A stretch of 64,000 nt of DNA from Hormiphora californensis (Eukaryota > Animalia > Ctenophora): the NCBI GenBank assembly GCA_020137815.1, contig CM035356.1, positions 3,906,001-3,970,000 on the forward strand. Direction: 5' to 3'. The notes beneath the pieces were generated by a model. It had not been told where the DNA came from and ran no database searches. It saw only the letters and a list, made by a program, of their open reading frames with translations. The translations under genes were made by a program, and so were the position numbers. Below are positions 23,501 to 57,946 of this stretch, piece after piece (positions within the stretch are counted from its first letter, which is position 1; every line of letters starts with the position of its first letter).

Positions 23501-26165
23501 TATTTGGACCAGGCTAACACATTACCACCAAAATTACCCCAACGAATGCTCCACAACGGAGATCTGGCACTATCCCATATTACCTTGAAAATTTGCAGTG
23601 GAATTTTATTTTGGTGAAATGGGATACCCATTTTTAACGAAAATGGGATATCCCATTTTATCAAAAAATTGGTATCCCATTTTATCAAAATTAATTTTTC
23701 GTCAGAATATGGTTACTTTAAATTGCACTTTGCTTGGATTAAACTAGTTTGTAATGGTATTTAAGTTTTGTTTACAATTAGTAAGTGGTCTGAAGGCTCC
23801 CGCCATTGCCGGCAGCCGTGAAATCATGAAAAGTTAGTAACAAGCTACCTAATTTCTTCACCAACGGGTCCCTAAAGCCTCATTTTACACTACTAAGTTC
23901 AACAAGAGGGGTCAAAGCGTGAACAGGTTCATTTCCTAGCGGGGTGCTACCTGTATACAATTTCAGACAGGTCCGAAATTCTCTAAAGTTTGCTAAAGAA
24001 TTGGGGACCAAAGAGTTGATCGTTAACACATAAATGTGGATAATATTTAGTAACTGCTAAACTAAGAAAGCTACATGGATACCAGAAACCTTTTGGTGTA
24101 TATAATAGAAGATTAGATTAATGAGAATTGAATAATTATATCCACACGTTTAGTCGTATTCTGCAGTTGTCACTCGGTGCATTTTTTTCAGAGAATACAA
24201 GTTTTTTCGAGTTATGAGCGAAAATAGGCTATATTAATAATCGTTACTGAGAAATTTGCGTTTAAATGGCCGCTTAAACAGCCAAAATTTCAGTATCCCA
24301 TTTTTCCAAAACATGTTTTGGAAAAATGGGATACTGAAAATTTGGTAAAATGGGGTATCCCATTTGAGTAAAATAAAAGTATCCCATTATACCAAAATCA
24401 TGAGTTTCTATAATTAGCTAATTATAATTAGACACGTTCATTCTGATGCTCTGATCTCTTTAGGTATCGCTAATAAATATCTTGCTCATAAACTAAGCCA
24501 ATCGATATTTTCTAAAAGAAACAGAGACGTGTGTACCAAATGAAAGAAGTGGCCTGGTTTTTTACTTTCCTTATTTTAAGATGACGAGGGTGCTAGTGTA
24601 CCATCTAAACACTTCCCACCAAGGCTATAAACGGTTTCGGAACTAATCTAAGATCATTAATAAGAGTTGTTAACTATTTATGAGCCTGTAACATGGCCAA
24701 TCTTTTCAAAACACCGATTTCCCATTTTACCAAATTTCCCATTTTACCTGTGGCTCCCCTAATCATTTTCCCAGTACTCGATACTGAAAAGTGCCGTCCG
24801 AAGGTCGACACCGTACTCAGTTATATAACAAACATAGGTACTGCAGTATGCACTCTCCGTTGGGTGCAGCGTGGCCATGTTTTTGTACTGATCTGTATTC
24901 CATATATTGGACATAATATATGTCACATATAATATGTAGGATTTTATTATGCCTATAAGTTGTACCTGAAAACTTATAACACGAGACCGAAGGTCGAGTG
25001 TTATAAGTACAACAATAATGATCCGAGACCACAGGTCGAGGCAGATTCTTGTACTTTAGTGCACGAGCCTGCGAGTGCCACTAAGTCTAACTACCTCACG
25101 AGCCTGCGAGTGATGTAGTTTTACTTTTTGACCGAGCCTGCGAGGTCTAAAAGTGTAAGAATCTGGGACATTATTGTTGACGTCAGGTACAACGAAAATA
25201 GGCATAATAAAATTGCATTGTAAAATTTTTAAAACAAGAGTGAGAGACACTTTAGGGCGTAACAATCTAGAGCGAATTCATGATACTAGTAAGCCCGCTC
25301 GCCCTACGGGCGAATGTCGGGGATGGTCAATGGTCAATGGTCATACAGTAAACTAAGCAAACAGTGTAGTATCATTTGAAATTTTTAAAATCAGTAAATT
25401 TATCAGGTAAATTAACCACAGCGATTCTTTCGACAGAAAAACCACGGGTCCTCTTTTGCCAGGTCCTGAAGTATTTTATGAAGGAGCACATTTGCAAAAT
25501 ACTTTTCACGTATTACTGCCATTTCTTATTAGTGCCATTGATACTTTGTTATTACGTGTGTTGACAACATTTTTTGAATAATAATCACCTCTTTTGGTAG
25601 GATTCTATCACGTAGTCTATAGGCGTCAGCGCCAGTTTGGGACATATGGCTCCTCCAAACTCGCTGGCGATTGTGTTGAAGTTGAGTAGTCATGTTCACG
25701 AAAACGTGGTGAACAGGGGGTGAACAGATCAAAATCAAGATGCACGTGCAGTTTACGGTAAGCAGTGGCATTGCCAGGATCTTAGGGACAACAGTGAAAA
25801 AGCCCATTGTAGGTCCAGGATTTGTGCACCCAATTTGGTAACAATGACATCACCCAAACAATCCCTATGCGATATATGAAGTATGGAGGTAGGCAGGAGA
25901 GATAAGGATAAACAGGGGTATAGTACAGAGTGAGAGATTAGCTAACTGGTCAGCACCGCTGAGGGACAAACGTGAAAAAGCATGTCAGAGTGGCCGATTG
26001 GAGAAATACCATCACCCATCTTCCCTCATGCTTTACACAAGTACGGCATGCGGTAAGTAACGTGATTGTACGAGCTAGAGATATAGAGAGAGATAAAGAG
26101 TTGATCCGAGTCGAATGACTGGGTTTAACGAGAGTGGATAAGAAGAGAGAGACGAGAGAGAGAAG

Positions 26166-26202
<37 letters not shown>

Positions 26203-26204
26203 CG

Positions 26205-26236
<32 letters not shown>

Positions 26237-26281
26237 CGAGAGAGAGAGAGAGAGAGAGAGATGAGAGAGGAGAGAGAAGAG

Positions 26282-26324
<43 letters not shown>

Positions 26325-29300
26325 AGTTCGTACACGTTTATCTTTCTAACGGTTTTTAAGTGTGACAGAAACAGTGGAGTTCGAAGTGCAGCGGTGTTAT
26401 AAGTTTTCATGTATCACTGGGGGGTGTTATAAGTGAAAACTTATAACACTGGGGGGTGTTATAAGTGAAAACTTATAACACTGGGCAGTGTTATAAGTTG
26501 TACAAGCAGTGCTACCTAAAGAATTATATTATATCTCAAAATTTTACAATGTTACATATAATATGTCACATACTTGGATTCGCGACATCGTCGTACGCTG
26601 CATGTGCTAATGTTATGCACATGTGTGCGTACAGCATAAAATATGCAGTACAAAATCTCTCTCTCCCTCACTCACTCACCTCCCTTTCTCCCAGGTACCT
26701 ATACCTCGGTCCTATTCCGTTATGTCGTGTTTAAACCGTTTGAGGATGAAGTCTTAATTGGTAGAGTCCGAAGATCCAGTCCTGAAGGTTAGTGCTATAT
26801 TTGTTTGTTTGTTTGTTTGTTTGGTTGTTTGTGGTGGGGGGTACAGGTAGGTTATAGCGAGCCCAACTCTTCCCCGTATGGCAGAATGACATTGCAACCT
26901 TGTTTATTTGTTTTCTTTTTAAATTTTTATTGAGTATGTTTTTTTTCTTTTACAAATGTGAAACGAATGAAAGGTATGCTATTGAAGGTACAGTCGGACC
27001 CCGATTTAGGGCCCCCCGATTTAGTGGCACCCCGATTTAGGGACAGGATTTTTTGCCCCCGATACAGGAAATTAACCTTATTTGACCCCGATTTAGTGGA
27101 CACCCCGATTTAGTGGACAAGAGCCTTTCCCCCGAGGGTGTCCCTAAATCGGGGTCCGACTGTAGTTGATAGTGATATGTTTTTAAATTTCAGATAAACT
27201 AATCGATTGAAATTGCTAAATGAATTCATTTTCATATGAATAAAATAGTAGACACGTAATATTACACTTCACACAAAAGAGATATTGTAACAATTAGTTG
27301 GTTAGTTCGTTGGTCTGTTAGTTTTATCTTTCCTTTTTCATTTTGTTTGTTTGTTTGTTTGTAACTACGCACTAACATCATAACAATATCCACTATTCCA
27401 CTAATGTCTAATGCTAATACCAACATGAATTCCTTAAATTGTTCAGACTTTCTCCTCTCAGAGATTATCACCGAACCAAAATACTGTTTTTCCTGTTTTT
27501 AGGGTTGATCCACCCAAACACATCAATTAGATCCCACTTCACGAGCTCCCTCACTCTACACATGTCCTTATTGACATTGAAACTACAGACAGGTTTGAAA
27601 TCCAGTGGTGGGCTGGGGTGTATCAGGGTAACTGAGATTATTGAGCCACGTCGCGGTTTAGCATGCATTATCTTGTAGACACCTGTAGCAGGGAGAAATA
27701 CCGTTATTATAAATAGTGACATTACGTGAAAAGAAATTATATTTTATTTGAAGATGTCGCAAGAGCTGTCAGAGCATTGGCCTGTCAGCACAAGAGAATC
27801 AGGATCAGGATTAGCAAAATAATTTTGTAACACCGATATATTCTTACCGCTAAAAGGTGTGTTATTAGTGTTTGGACACCCACACTCCTCCCCCTCCATG
27901 ATAAACCTTCCACACCTCCTCACAGAACACGCCCCAAAATCAACCCTCTCGATCTTACTCCTAACATATCTCATTGTCGCAGATTTCCTAACGTAACGAA
28001 ACTGGATCCTGTCATTTAGTTCGGGATAGTAATACCATGGGTGTTCCTCTTCTAAGTATTCAGGGAATATCCTGAACTGGAACCACTCCAACCACGACCC
28101 AGTTTGGGTGTATGCCCATACTCGGAGACCTCCGTGTCGGTCCGTTTCTTCGACCTCGGCGATATAGTAGACAACTGCCAAGCATGAAGGTAGGGGTGGT
28201 GGAAGGGGAGTAGTCTCTTCCGATGAGGTGCTAGATTCATGGATCTGATCTGGGAAGTACTCCTGGTAGGAAGCTCTTATATCGCTTATATCCGCTTTGT
28301 GGGTCCGGGAATTCTGGTGGATATCCTCTTGGTGTGAATTCTGGTGGATATCCTCTTGGAGTAAACTCTGGTGGATATAATCCTCTTGGTGTGAATTCTG
28401 GTGGATATCCTCTTGGAGTAAACTCTGGTGGATATAATCCTCTTGGTGTGAATTCTGGTGGATATCCTCTTGGAGTGAACTCTGGTGAGCACTTGGTAGA
28501 TGGGTTGTGTGGAAGGGAGCCTCCTCCTCCATCTCACTTTCATCTGACTCCTCGTTATCATCCAGTATTACCACTATTTCCTGTACCTCATTTAGTTCCC
28601 TACTATATGCCATACTAAACGGATAAAACTTTTAGCTTGCGGAGCTGTTTAGATGTCACTCTTTGGGGCGAGCAAGGGACTAAGTAGAATAAAGCACATC
28701 TTTGAGGCTAATTTAATGTCAATATATGCAACGAATGAAGAAAGGGACTAATACTGAACTAACGAACTCAGAACTTAGAGCAATTGATATATTAATAATA
28801 ATAAATGCACGTACACAATTGAAGAGGCCGTGAGAATCTCGGGGAATCAACCTGAACAAATACTCACCATGCAACAATTTTGTGGGGGTGGAGAATTGTT
28901 GCCTTCTAAACTACACAAAAGTTTGGTAACGAAATTACGCTTACCTACTAAGAGCCGGAAGCGGAGTAGCATTCAACAACAACAAATCCTACCTTACAGG
29001 CACGCCAAAGCGTACCCTAGTTACCGCGATGCCTCTGCGTGGGGTAATAACACAAAAGTGAGGTCTGCAAGCACAGCAACTCCGGTTGGCTGTCAGCGTG
29101 AGAGCGAGGGAGAATATAGAGCTCTATTTCTATAGCTGTGAGTGAGAGTGAGATAGAATATAGAGCTCTATCTCTATAATAGCTGGCGTTATGCCAGCTA
29201 CCATCTCTCTGCCAGCCAAACGGAGATCATGATATATCACATGCACCTGGTACACCTTATTGATGGGGCTCGTATGTAATGAATTAGGCGAGATGTGGGA

Positions 29301-30026
29301 CAGGTGTGATATGAGATGAAAACGATGTAATCTTCCGAAATAAACGACTCAAATTATCTGCCTCATTTCAGTTCTTGTTCACATAAAAAACACACCACTC
29401 ATTATGAGTATGATACACGTCCTGCATGTGTCCCTAATTTCCCCAGTCTTTATCTATCTCCCGTTGCAGGTGTCTGGGTGACTCTTGGTTTCTTTGAGGA
29501 TGTCTTTCTTCCCAAGGAATACCTCCAATCACCCTGTAAATTTGACAAGGAGGAAAATTGTTGGGTCTGGGAGTACCAGGATGGCATTGAGACACACAAC
29601 ATGTACATGGACGAAAAGGAAGAAATCAGGTGAGTTGGACCCCGTTTTATCGGGCAAAATGATGAAAAGGAAGAAATCAGGTGAGTTGGACCCCGTTATA
29701 CCGGGCGAAATCCTTTCCCCCGAGTATTGAATTAATGGTAAATCAGGGTTCGATTGTAATAATAGGAGCGTAGAGTCCTGGACTCATAGAAACAAGAATT
29801 AATGAAATTGAAACCATCAGTTTTATTTCTAACTCTCTCTATCTCCAGATTTCGAGTTGTCAAAGTTGAATATAACGATGTAGCAAAACCTAAAAGATCC
29901 ACAATATCGGAGCCGTCTGGTTCTACTGATCAGCAGGATAGTACCCTACCCATGAAGATTATTGGAACTATCAGTGAACCTGGGCTGGGACTCCTCACCT
30001 GGTGGAGAGAGGATAACGTGGGCTAA
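20532..30026 (+). CDS. POLR3H: RNA polymerase III subunit RPC8/RPC25
   Basis: Exons 20532-20588 (MFQLIELRNNVGIRP), 22383-22518 (LNTKLANKV..GLCI..FPGD), 26695-26787 (FRYVVFKPFEDEVLIG), 29470-29629 (LGFFEDV..WVWEY..MD), 29849-30026 (FRVV..GLGLLTWW). Confidence 0.93.
20596..22154. mobile_element. Fold-back Tc1/mariner-type non-autonomous element, almost entirely palindromic
   Basis: TA TSD; ends CAAGGTGGCCCATAAATT / AATTTATGGGCCACCTTG; about 755-bp near-identical arms around a ~47-bp spacer; mirror-identical ORFs 20801-21136(+) and 21614-21949(-). Confidence 0.92.
22529..22636 (+). mobile_element. CAGGAACCGACCGAA MITE, copy 2
   Basis: Same sequence as 3824-3932, flanked by a duplicated GTTAGTG (the intron donor). 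Confidence 0.88.
22925..24823 (+). repeat. Interspersed repeat (about 550 bp), split here by an insertion; uninterrupted inverted copy at about 52703-53245
   Basis: 22925-23404 plus 24762-24823 match the reverse complement of 52703-53245; the ORF track shows near-identical peptides at 23018 and 52953. Confidence 0.85.
23407..24759. mobile_element. 1.35-kb non-autonomous DNA transposon with TA flanks
   Basis: TIR GGGGAGCCACAGGTAA / TTACCTGTGGCTCCCC; repeated ATGGGATA/TATCCCAT subterminal motifs; empty site visible in the sister repeat near 52765. Confidence 0.85.
26991..27162. mobile_element. Tc1/mariner-like MITE (CAGTCGGACCCCGATTTA family)
   Basis: TA-CAGTCGGACCCCGATTTA...TAAATCGGGGTCCGACTG-TA; related copies at about 2523, 29685-29757, 33272-33352 and 60873-60940. 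Confidence 0.88.
27744..28613 (-). CDS. Uncharacterised intronless protein nested antisense in POLR3H intron 3; may continue into 27722-27468
   Basis: 289-aa ORF: acidic N-terminus, QEDIHQNSH/QEDYIHQSLL tandem repeats, globular aromatic region, C-x4-C-x8-C-x-C cluster. Confidence 0.5.
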   Translation of the reverse strand: MAYSRELNEVQEIVVILDDNEESDESEMEEEAPFHTTHLPSAHQSSLQEDIHQNSHQEDYIHQSLLQEDIHQNSHQEDYIHQSLLQEDIHQNSHQEDIHQNSRTHKADISDIRASYQEYFPDQIHESSTSSEETTPLPPPLPSCLAVVYYIAEVEETDRHGGLRVWAYTQTGSWLEWFQFRIFPEYLEEEHPWYYYPELNDRIQFRYVRKSATMRYVRSKIERVDFGACSVRRCGRFIMEGEECGCPNTNNTPFSGKNISVLQNYFANPDPDSLVLTGQCSDSSCDIFK

Positions 30027-30166
30027 AGAGGGAGAAAGTTTTAATATTTTAGTAACTTATTTATTTTCTGGTTTTAACTAATTCTTGTTGTTCCATTTTT
30101 TAGACCAGTACCCGGGCAGTGCCCCAATATACTGAATTGATAATAACTGTTTCCTGATTTAGCACC

Positions 30167-47696
<17,530 letters not shown>

Positions 47697-48654
47697 GGCA
47701 GTAAATGCCACACAAAACAGACGCGAGCTAACCGGAATTGACCCTATGTTATGTTCGGCGATTTAAATGTTTTAAAGGTAAAAGGGTGGAGAAGAGGCAA
47801 AATCTCTATAAACATGTGTTTTGTAGCTTTTTTTGAGGTGTTGTTAAAATTAGTCAAATATGTCCAGCGAGAGGGTACTGCACCGCACCCTCAATATTCC
47901 TACACCCCTGGCACCCCGCCCCTATTATAAGTCGGAGAGGCATACAGCGTGACCCCATATATTATTCATGACAACCCGCGGTGAGACAGGTTCGAGCAAG
48001 GCAAGCCAACCAAGTGTTATACAGTGTGAAGAACGACTAATTAACAATTTTCAAGTTTGTTGTTAAGATGTTTCTGTCGTTATTTGGATTAACAAATCTT
48101 CAGACTGCTTGTATCACTTTGAAATAACGTCCAGAAGTTGAAATAGTGGATCGGAGATGACCGCTAGACGTGCCTACTGCCTAGTGGCGGCATCTTTTAT
48201 TGTCAGCTCAGGAGAAGCGATACAGGAAGCAGGGAGGAAGCACCATGCTCACTGAGCAGTGAGCACTGCTCAGGGACAACTCCAGAGAAGTCCGAATGAT
48301 CGGATTTTTATTTTTTGGCAAGTCAGGACCTAGCTGGTTAGGGAAAGGCCAACATGCAAAATGTTCGTTTGATTCAGGGTAAAGTGCTGAAATGGGGTCC
48401 TCTCATCACATTGAACAACGCGCGCGCTCCGAGAATTTCATTCCGCAAATTGCGCCAGGGGGAGGCCCACATTTCCGACCCAATTGAAAAAGTCAGCCCG
48501 TTTCGACTAAGATGACCACACAAAAGGTTAAGGTGGGATAGTAATAATTAATTCTGGAAATAAAATTCGTCAACATCGAGCTCCTTGCACAGTAAACAAA
48601 TAAAACACAGTCTCTCAAATGTCCAGTTTCAGTTTTCACACAGCTCTCTGTCGC

Positions 48655-49775
48655 TCAATAAGGGCGGGATCTGAACCCTCTCTCTCCGCCACTACGTCTC
48701 ATTGGAGGCATGCGCCTGTCTCTCCGGTCCTCGTTTGGAACTCGCACTGCCACGTCCAAATAGTCACCAATTGCGAGTCTGAAAAATGAACATTATGTGT
48801 AACAAGTAGTGGGGAATAGTAGTTCTAAACACTCCTTTATTCACCAACAAATACTAGTCTTTATTCACTTCAAAACCCTTTCCAACTACAACTGTATAAC
48901 TACCTGCATGCTGAGAGGGTTAATTTGTCATCTGGTCCACTATGTGCAACTGAGGTAGTGCCAACCTCCTTAAAGTGAAATACTCCCCTCTTGTCAGGGA
49001 ATGTTAGGGCAAAGTTAAACATTGTACCTGGGGAGCGAGTGTGTTAAATCAATCAATAGGCGTTCTTATTTCATAAGTGAGATCGATTTAAGATTTTCAA
49101 GATGAAAATAAAATTTAAAGTTATAAATGAATTTCTCTCTTACCCTTAGCGTTGGCAGTTGTGTAAACATCTTTAATAAGGTTAGTTAGTTCCTTCAGTG
49201 TGGCATCCTTCCAAGTATAGATCTGTAGCTCACTCCCTGGGACTCGGCCCCTGTGGTAGGCATCCGGTAAATTGTGCTGACCCTAGGGAGAGATAGAGGG
49301 AAGATTAAACGGTTTGAAATTAAATCAGCCATCATTATTGAGATTTTGTTAGATCTTCGGATCTATAGGGTTCAGTGATGGGGAGAGTATTTTGGATAGA
49401 CCCTCCCCTGGCCTAATTAGGGGAGCAATAGCGCGGGAGATATCGAGTGTGAATGTAAGACTTCTTGAGCAACACAAAACCCGGCCGATTTTTGTCTCAT
49501 ATAAGACCGTCCTCTCCGCACCGGTGCGGCTACGTGAGGCCGCGTGGCGCGTGTGGGCGATGTACAGTCAGTGCCTGACAAGCCGATTTAATCTTAGTTG
49601 TCTCGTTGAAATCTTGTGGTGAATTTAACCAAGGTTTGAAATAAAATGTGATGTGAGCATTTGACATGAAACTGTGATGCTTTACCTCATTCACGAAAAC
49701 ACGCAGTAGAAGGGGACATGTCTTCTCTCGGTCTACCGGGGCCACGGCAGGTGCTGCTGTAGCTACCGATGTCAT
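48655..49775 (-). CDS. SAP18: Sin3-associated polypeptide 18
   Basis: 4 exons: VDREKTCPLLLRVF; ELQIYTWKDATLKELTNLIK; FNFA..GTT..DDKLTL; IGDYLDVAV...RSRPY*. Confidence 0.95.
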
Positions 49776-50063
49776 CTCACGGCTAGTTGAAAGTGGTTAG
49801 GAGGAAACAGTATTTATAATGGACGGGAACAGAGTGGATAGGTGGTTTGGGGACAGGTGGTTTTGGGGACAGGTGGTTTTGGGGACAGGTGGTTTGGGGA
49901 CAGGTGGTTTGGGGACAGGTGGTTTGGGGATAGGTGTTAATGTGGAAACTGGGGTAAAGAATAACAAATAAAATAGATATATGAAAGGGGTGACAAATAA
50001 TATATATCCAGCGTCCTATGTACACAAGGGGTGTTACAAAAAAAACCTTCAAAAAAAACTTCT

Positions 50064-54009
<3,946 letters not shown>

Positions 54010-54293
54010 GGCTATTACTGTGGTGATGGAAGGTCATTATTATAATGGAGTTATTTTTGGGTCTTACTGTCACGCAATGTTTGCAATGTTCTAACCCTCT
54101 TCGAAAGAGAGAGAGGGCCGAACAAGCCACAAGGCAACACAATGTTTTGTCAGTACAGAATAAAGATTGGGGACCAAAGAGTAATGTGCACTAATTGGGC
54201 AATAATTAGGTACTATGTAATTAGATGCTCAACGTTAACAAATTGTAATCGTGTAAAAAACCAATAAATTAACAATTGTCTAAACTCTCTCTT

Positions 54294-56959
54294 TCAAATA
54301 ACACTCATGTATTTGTTCGTATCAAGATAACTCCGACCCGTTAGACAACTAAATTCAGCCACTTCATTTTGGTTCATGGAACGAGATATGAACCTGAGAC
54401 TCTGCATCATTCTGAGGTAGTTCGTGAACTCCTCGTGGTCGGGTGTGTTAGGAATGTTAGATAGAGCTGTGCTAGGTGTGTTAGTGGCAGTCATCAGCTC
54501 CTCAGCTGATAGGGTTCCTCGAGTCCACTGTCATTACCAGTCGTCCGGTGAAGTCAGACTGCAGCAAATTGTATGAGATTCCTGGAACGTGAGGGGTTTA
54601 TTTTTATGGGTTTGGGGGCCGACAAGCACTATAACCTTGTTATGTTCTAACCCTCCTAGCTAGGCAACTATAACCCCGGTATAATTGATCTACCGAACCC
54701 TCACAGATGATTTTATGTAGTGTGAGCTATACAACGGTACACGGGAATATATCCCAGGGAGTAGGGACATTAAACTAGGTATATTTGGGACATGGACATT
54801 AAATTAACGCAACCCCCCCCCCCCCCCCCTACGTAAATATGTTTCCCAAATTCCCCCCCCCCCCCCAATACCTGAAAAACCCTTGGCCACTAAATTCTCT
54901 GTTACCTGAGAAGAGGGATATTTTCAGGATCAGGAGGTGGATGATCCCACCAATTCTCAGCAACTGGGCTTCTAAAGTTCTCTAACATGCTGGAGTGGAT
55001 CTCACACAGCAGGTTGGCATTGTCTATCAGAACCTGGGAGAGAGAGGGCGATGTTTACTCAAAATATCGACAAAAGCACAATTGCACCCAATTGCACACA
55101 ATAGCACACTTGCATTATATACACACCTCCAATATACATGCTGCCATTGACACCCCCCCGCCCCCCGATCAGATATGAATAATACGAGTTGTGCCATACC
55201 GTAGTGAATATCTTCTGATCAGTGAGATTCTCAAGCAGTACCCGTATCACATCACCAGACACCAATACATTACTGACTCCAACCCTGGCTACATCTGAGA
55301 GGAGATGGGGGGTTGATCAATAAGATGGGGATTGAGTGGGGGGGGGGTTGATCAACAAGATGGGGATTGAGTATGGGTGGTGGTAGAGCACTGGGGGAGC
55401 CAATACAATAAATTATTCAAGAGCAGATAGTTTTGAACAACAACTGTATGTGATAAAAGTGACTCTAATCTCCTTTCTCTCTATCCACAGATCTACTGGG
55501 TACGGGTGTACTAAAGTAGGGACCTATCACCAGGGCTGGGGGGACTAACCGGCTAGACTATCTCCCTTGAAGGAGAATAGTTGGGTATTCCATCTCTCAT
55601 CCTCTGATAATTGGACCTCAGCCAACTGTCCCCCATTGAGGGTATCACATGTCAGGAGGAATTGCAGGAATTCCTTATTGAACTCCGGAAAATCCATTTG
55701 ACCCTGACGTGGGGATGATGGTTGTGTAGTGAAGGGGATTCAGATCATGATATTGCATAACATTGAAACTTCTTCTCTAGCTATACCCCGCCCTTCTTCT
55801 CTCTTCTCTATCTATACCCCGCCCTCTTCTCTACCTACCCCTGCTGTGTTGAGGGTGGTGTTGGAGGTATCTTGGAAGGATCGAGTCAGATGAAGGGCGG
55901 GTATTATAACTGAACTGCGGGTGCCCTCTGCCTTGTAGTTATCCAGGTAGGAGAGGAGAAGGGAGTAGAGGGTCATTGTCTTGCCGCTACCCCTTCCACC
56001 AGTAAGAACTGCCCGGAAACTGAAATGATGTTTGTTATTTCTGGGATTTCTAGTGTTATACCCTGTAGTCTGTACCCTCAATCATTGAGATAAAACACGC
56101 GACACTCAGCTAGAATCTTGATCTGCCGAACCCTCACAGGGCACGCAGCTACTAGAATCAGGAGGAGTGACAAAAAAGGGGTTACAAAGTTTGTAGTATT
56201 GATAAGAAACATACCTTCCATCTTCATTCTTCAAGATGTCCCTAAAGTGTTCTCGGTACTGTACAAACCCCTCCTTTGACACCATATAAATCCTGGGAGA
56301 GAGAAAAGTTATTGATCTGGCCTCTGGGGAAATGTTAATCTAACAAAATATGTACTGTCCTCTCTGAACCGGGCTGAAGGCATCGTGTGCGATATTACAG
56401 TCATGTAGTATGACAAGTGAAATGTTAATCTGTTCAAACAAACGGGAGAAGATCTGTACAAATTATGAAACTGAAAAGTGTGATATTAATTCAACCTTTA
56501 CCTGTTGTAATAACTGTCTGCCACTGGGTGTGCCCAGCAACTTGTATCTTTCATCTTTAAACCGGATGACAGCTCCCCTTTGTGTTTTCGTGATCAAAAC
56601 TATCAGCAGTTACAAGGTCCTAGATAGAGGTTGAAATAACACAGGATTCGAATTCATGACTCAGGAATGAACATGTAAATACTCAATTAGAAGAAGTCAG
56701 TATACTTTTGGTCCAAGATTAGACTGAGTTTAGTAGTTTCTAGAAAGTATACAAACTCACCTTGTGCTTGAGTTGAGTTTTAACAACATCTTTTAATTTT
56801 AAATCCATTCTAGCGACATCAGCTCCCTCTGGGGCGCGGTAGCGCCCTGTCTTTACGTTTTGGTATGGGCATGTTCTGCTCCACATGTCGCCAGTGAGTG
56901 GAGGCAAATCTGCTACACAGAGGACTGTGACGAACTGTGTCAAACACACACTTTCTCAT
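54294..56959 (-). CDS. DAP3: Mitoribosomal small-subunit GTPase mS29/DAP3-like protein, multi-exon
   Basis: Presequence-like MRKCVFDTVRHSPLCSRFAST; P-loop RAVLTGGRGSGKTMTL; VLIDNAN Walker-B-like motif; C-terminal EEFTNYLRMM..FSCLTGR. One 1-nt frameshift near 56833. Confidence 0.65.
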
Positions 56960-57250
56960 GCCTAGTCACAGGGAAAAGGGAGATATACTGGGTAGGATAG
57001 CGACTGGCTATTTGAAATGGCGGCTAACTTGAAACACCCCCTCTACAGGCCAGCGGGTGCACCAGATTTGGATTTTTAGACATCAGTGGGCTAGTCAGAA
57101 CTCATGCCAAGCTCACTGATTGAGGGGGGAGATGAACTGTTCGCAGTACTGTCTCCATGATCTTGGAGATAAAAACGGGTTCAAGAAATATCAATCAGTC
57201 TACAAAGTTCAAAATACGAAACCAAAACTATAAAACTAAAAATTCACAAA

Positions 57251-57448
57251 TTATCTCTTTGTAGCAGCGTTCTTCATACACTTCTCTAACATCCCAAACT
57301 CCTTTTGACAGGTGCCTTGAACAGTATTTGAACTCTTGATGACACAGTTTGTGTAGGCGGCTGCCTCGGGGGTGCAGGCTGATACTGATTTGAGAAGTTT
57401 CCGGAGGCGAGCACCAGCCGCGGAGCCTGCAGCTGCAGCTGGGGTCAT
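57251..57448 (-). CDS. NDUFAF8: Complex I assembly factor NDUFAF8 (twin CX9C)
   Basis: 65 aa: RLRK..SACTPEAAAYTNCV...CQKEFGMLEKCM, two CX9C motifs. Confidence 0.85.
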   Translation of the reverse strand: MTPAAAAGSAAGARLRKLLKSVSACTPEAAAYTNCVIKSSNTVQGTCQKEFGMLEKCMKNAATKR

Positions 57449-57946
57449 AACAGGGAGTTGTTTTGTTCAGGGAGTTGTTTCGTTCAGCTGAAGAGATGGT
57501 CGAGCGGGAGACCGGGGTCACTTTCTCATTATAGAGTGCTGTTTAGGAGTGCTATATAATAGAGATTGGAGATGTTAGGTTATGGAATAGGAAACTATAG
57601 CAGTGTATTGTCTGGTACCTATAAAACACGCATAGTTAGGAGGGTTAGAAAAATAATTGTAATTCGAATTACAACACAATGGAATAAGAATAAATGTTCG
57701 CTAAGGTTAAATTGTAAAACTGTTGAATTTAAAAACAATCGCTATGCTCCACATCATCATGAGGCCCACCTACCCCTAACCAGACACTCTCAGTAGAAGA
57801 AATGGGCACTATCATTTGAATTAAAAATCAGATATAAAATCTCACTCCTGTGATATCATGAGAATTGATTGTCTTTGAATAACTTAAATTGTTGTGTGTT
57901 AAAATAGAATAATCAGGCTAACGTTAAAACCGTGTGGTTGATAACG

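Noticed and set aside
49850-49932. QTTCPQTTCP ORF in the PFDN4-SAP18 gap
   Set aside because: Translation of a 14-15-bp GGGACAGGTGGTTT tandem repeat.
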